Assembly (NCBI GenBank): GCA_036337155.1
Contig: JAYZET010000008.1
Location: 116,287 to 180,286, forward strand
Reading direction: 5' to 3'
DNA: 64,000 nt
Source of the DNA: Pseudomonadota bacterium
Lineage (GTDB): Bacteria; Pseudomonadota; Alphaproteobacteria; UBA8366
Below, in pieces: positions 61,624 to 64,000 of the stretch. A model generated the notes under the pieces. It had not been told where the DNA came from. It saw only the letters and a list, made by a program, of their open reading frames with translations, and ran no database searches. The translations under genes and the position numbers were made by a program. Each line of letters opens with the position of its first letter. Within the stretch, counting starts at the first letter, position 1.

Positions 61624-62919
61624 TCATTCTATCTCGCGCCAATCGCGATAACGATAGAGCGTCAGCATGAAGGGGCGGGAGGTGGCGCGGATGAGCCGGT
61701 ATAGGGGGAGCGGTTTGATTTCGGTGAGCGGGAAGGCAAGATCTTGCTCTTTAACCCCTTGTACGGCCTTAGCTAACTCACAACCGAGGGCGACGGAAAG
61801 GGCTACCCCGCGACCGTTGCATCCAATCCAGGTCCAACCGTTAGGGCCAATTTTATGGAAATGCGGTGTAAGGTCCCGGGTCGCGCCGACATAACCGGTC
61901 CATGAAAATTCAATTTTCGGCTCCAAATATTGAGGAAAGATGCGTTGCAGCCGTTTTGCGATGCGGGCTCGGATGCGTTGGTGGCCTTTGAACGGTATGG
62001 CGAGTGCGCCGCCGGTGATAAGCCGGTTGCGCGTATCGTAGCGAAAGAAATGCAGGTCGCCATGGGTGTCTGAGATTGCCTGTCTGTCGGGCACGACGGT
62101 ACTGCGGACATTGTCGTTAAGAGGTGCCGTCGCCAATTGCCAGGAGGTGACTGGCATGATGCTCTGCGCCAGTTGAGGCGCTAAACTGGAGGCCAGCTCG
62201 CCAGTATAGGTGTTGGTAGCGACCACCAATGCCCTGGCGCGGATTTCGCCGATTGGCGTCTTGAGACGCCAGTTGTCTCTTTCCCGTGTATAGTTCAGTA
62301 CAGGAGAATTTTCATGGATTACGGCGCCGTTTTCAGCAGCGACGCGACTGAGCTCTCGGGTTAAGGCTAAAGGATTTATATGGCCGCCGGTCTTATTCCC
62401 AAAACCGCCGAAGAAGAATTTTGTCCCGATGCGGCGTTCCAGTTCGGCCTGATCAATTAGTTCGACGTCGGCTCCGTGTTTCTCCCATTGCCTATAGCGT
62501 CTTTCAGAGATCGCCTTGAAGCGGCCAGGGCTATGCGCCGGCTGAATCCAGCCGGTTTGTTCGGCTTCACATTGAAGGTTGTGCTCACGCACAAGATCAA
62601 AAAGGAAGGCGGCTGAGCCACCTATCAGTTTGACGAAGCGTTCGCCTGCTTCACCGAACCTGTCGGTCAAATAGTCCGGGTCGGCACGGGTTAATACCGG
62701 TATGACCTGCCCGTTGTTCCTGCCCGATGCGCCAAAGCCGGCGTCTTCCGCCTCCAAGACAGTAACGGATGTCCCTGTCTTCGCCAGATGAAGTGCTGTC
62801 GATAGCCCCGTGAAACCAGCGCCGATGACCGCAACGTCGGTCTCAGAATCGCCTTCAAGGGGTTTATGCTTTACGCCAACCGGGGTAAATGCCCGCCAAA
62901 GAGTAGTCTCCGTCGCCAT
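61624..62919 (-). CDS. FAD-dependent oxidoreductase (DAO family)
   Basis: It has N-terminal dinucleotide binding (DVAVIGAGFTGLSTAL) and DAO-like length (431 aa). Confidence 0.75.
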   Translation of the reverse strand: MATETTLWRAFTPVGVKHKPLEGDSETDVAVIGAGFTGLSTALHLAKTGTSVTVLEAEDAGFGASGRNNGQVIPVLTRADPDYLTDRFGEAGERFVKLIGGSAAFLFDLVREHNLQCEAEQTGWIQPAHSPGRFKAISERRYRQWEKHGADVELIDQAELERRIGTKFFFGGFGNKTGGHINPLALTRELSRVAAENGAVIHENSPVLNYTRERDNWRLKTPIGEIRARALVVATNTYTGELASSLAPQLAQSIMPVTSWQLATAPLNDNVRSTVVPDRQAISDTHGDLHFFRYDTRNRLITGGALAIPFKGHQRIRARIAKRLQRIFPQYLEPKIEFSWTGYVGATRDLTPHFHKIGPNGWTWIGCNGRGVALSVALGCELAKAVQGVKEQDLAFPLTEIKPLPLYRLIRATSRPFMLTLYRYRDWREIE

Positions 62920-62959
62920 AGCCGCCTTTAATCCTCGGAAAGGCTCTGCGTCAATTCAA

Positions 62960-63748
62960 TTAGCTGTGCTTACCAAGGAACGTAATATATGCGTCGTTGA
63001 AAGCGGCCTTTTGTTCGACATTTGAGAAGTGCAGAGCGTTTGGTAATACAACGAGTTCTGAACCCTCGATCTTTTCGTGCATGACCTCGTGGGCTGCGAC
63101 TGGGGTGCCAGGGTCGTCCTCGCCGACGATCATTTGCGTCGGGACAGTGATTGCGGAAATACGATCGGTTAGATCGAGGCCTTGGATTGCGCGGCAGCAG
63201 CCACAGAAACCAGACACTTTGGTATTGCGAATCATTTCGCGAACCTTGTCACACTCTTCGGGCTTTGCCTTCATGTAGCTTTCGGAGAACCAGCGGGCCA
63301 TGGTGCCGTCGATGAGCCCCTCCATACCGACAGTCCGGGCGGATGCGATCCTCTCGTCCCAGGCGCCTTGCATCTCCTTCGGAACGCGGCTCATTGTGTC
63401 GCAGAGCGAGAGCGATAGAAACCTGTCATTGTTCTTTAAGGCTGCCGTCTGTCCGATCATGCCGCCCATCGATAACCCAATGTAATGTGTCTGCTCAATT
63501 TCCAACGCGTCCATCAGGCCAAAGAGGTCATCGGCCAGCATTTCCAATGAATAGGCCTCATCTGGCGCATCGGAATCACCGTGTCCCCGCATGTCATAGC
63601 GAACAACACGATAGTCCTTTAGCACTTCCATTTGCGGGTCCCACATCGCGTTGGTGGCTGCGAGCGAATGGCTCATCACGACAGTAGGCGCATCGGCTGG
63701 CCCCTGCGCCTCATAGTTCAATTGTATTCCGTTAGCGCTTATTCTCAT
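62960..63748 (-). CDS. Alpha/beta hydrolase (3-oxoadipate enol-lactonase-like)
   Basis: It has MSHSLA, the nucleophile elbow GLSMGG, and a C-terminal His motif (NALHFSNVE). Confidence 0.72.
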   Translation of the reverse strand: MRISANGIQLNYEAQGPADAPTVVMSHSLAATNAMWDPQMEVLKDYRVVRYDMRGHGDSDAPDEAYSLEMLADDLFGLMDALEIEQTHYIGLSMGGMIGQTAALKNNDRFLSLSLCDTMSRVPKEMQGAWDERIASARTVGMEGLIDGTMARWFSESYMKAKPEECDKVREMIRNTKVSGFCGCCRAIQGLDLTDRISAITVPTQMIVGEDDPGTPVAAHEVMHEKIEGSELVVLPNALHFSNVEQKAAFNDAYITFLGKHS

Positions 63749-63882
63749 CTATTTTCTCTCAACCTCAGAAACCGCTGAACTCCCCTAGGATGGCATGAGA
63801 GTTTAGCGCTTTTCTATTGATATGCCTCGGTTTTCGCCCTTAACCCAAATCTAGGTTTGATGACTTAAACAATAAGGTTATT

Positions 63883-64000
63883 TCAAAGTATTTTTCCTGG
63901 GTTCATAGTTCCTTTTGGGTCAAGTGCGTCCTTGACCCGCTGCATTAGATCGAACTCGATCTCTGACTTGTAGCGTGCGAGTTCTGCTCGCTTAAGTCTA
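63883..64000 (-). CDS. FAD-linked oxidase (GlcD/D-lactate dehydrogenase family), C-terminal end (5' part outside window)
   Basis: The minus-strand translation ends ...LKRAELARYKSEIEFDLMQRVKDALDPKGTMNPGKIL*, the characteristic C-terminus of FAD-linked oxidases. Confidence 0.55.
   Translation of the reverse strand, partial: RLKRAELARYKSEIEFDLMQRVKDALDPKGTMNPGKIL

Overview
This is a chromosomal, mostly housekeeping segment that looks alphaproteobacterial: it has a MucR/Ros regulator, Bpt, plsX-fabH-ihfA-merR-tRNA-Pro synteny and an R. rubrum-type H+-PPase, and is about 50% GC by eye. I can support about 65 genes. They include rnc-era-recO, a complete Zur/ZnuABC zinc-uptake locus with an extra His-rich outer-membrane barrel gene, parC, bpt, and motA followed by two tandem motB paralogues. 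Further on are a decayed threonine dehydratase, an Ntn (penicillin/AHL-type) acylase, a hisD-like/tauD-like/2-hydroxyacid dehydrogenase/PHP-like cluster, a single-polypeptide four-domain ABC exporter, hemB and a valine-catabolism trio. The rest comprises mucR, rpiB-glyA-nrdR-ribD-ribE-ribBX-ribH-nusB-thiL, fliL, hppA, bamE, yceD-rpmF-plsX-fabH, ihfA, tRNA-Pro(GGG) and an enoyl-CoA hydratase/CoA-binding/metY operon. I saw no CRISPR array, transposase, integrase, phage gene or recognisable defence system, so this is largely an ordinary core region. Five things are most worth a second look. (1) A near-perfect 76-bp tandem duplication of the operator/RBS/start-codon region of the zinc-locus OMP gene creates four GTTATAAC palindromes and a 5-codon decoy ORF. 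(2) The His-rich OMP itself. (3) The motA-motB-motB' arrangement, where both MotB channel segments appear to be under purifying selection. (4) The hisD-like/TauD/PHP-like cluster, which includes a 776-aa protein with an ordered but partly degenerate PHP motif set. (5) Several gene-decay events: an ilvA/tdcB-like pseudogene, a frameshifted hydrolase and a truncated acyl-CoA ligase. All functional calls come from motif recognition by eye; no database search was run.
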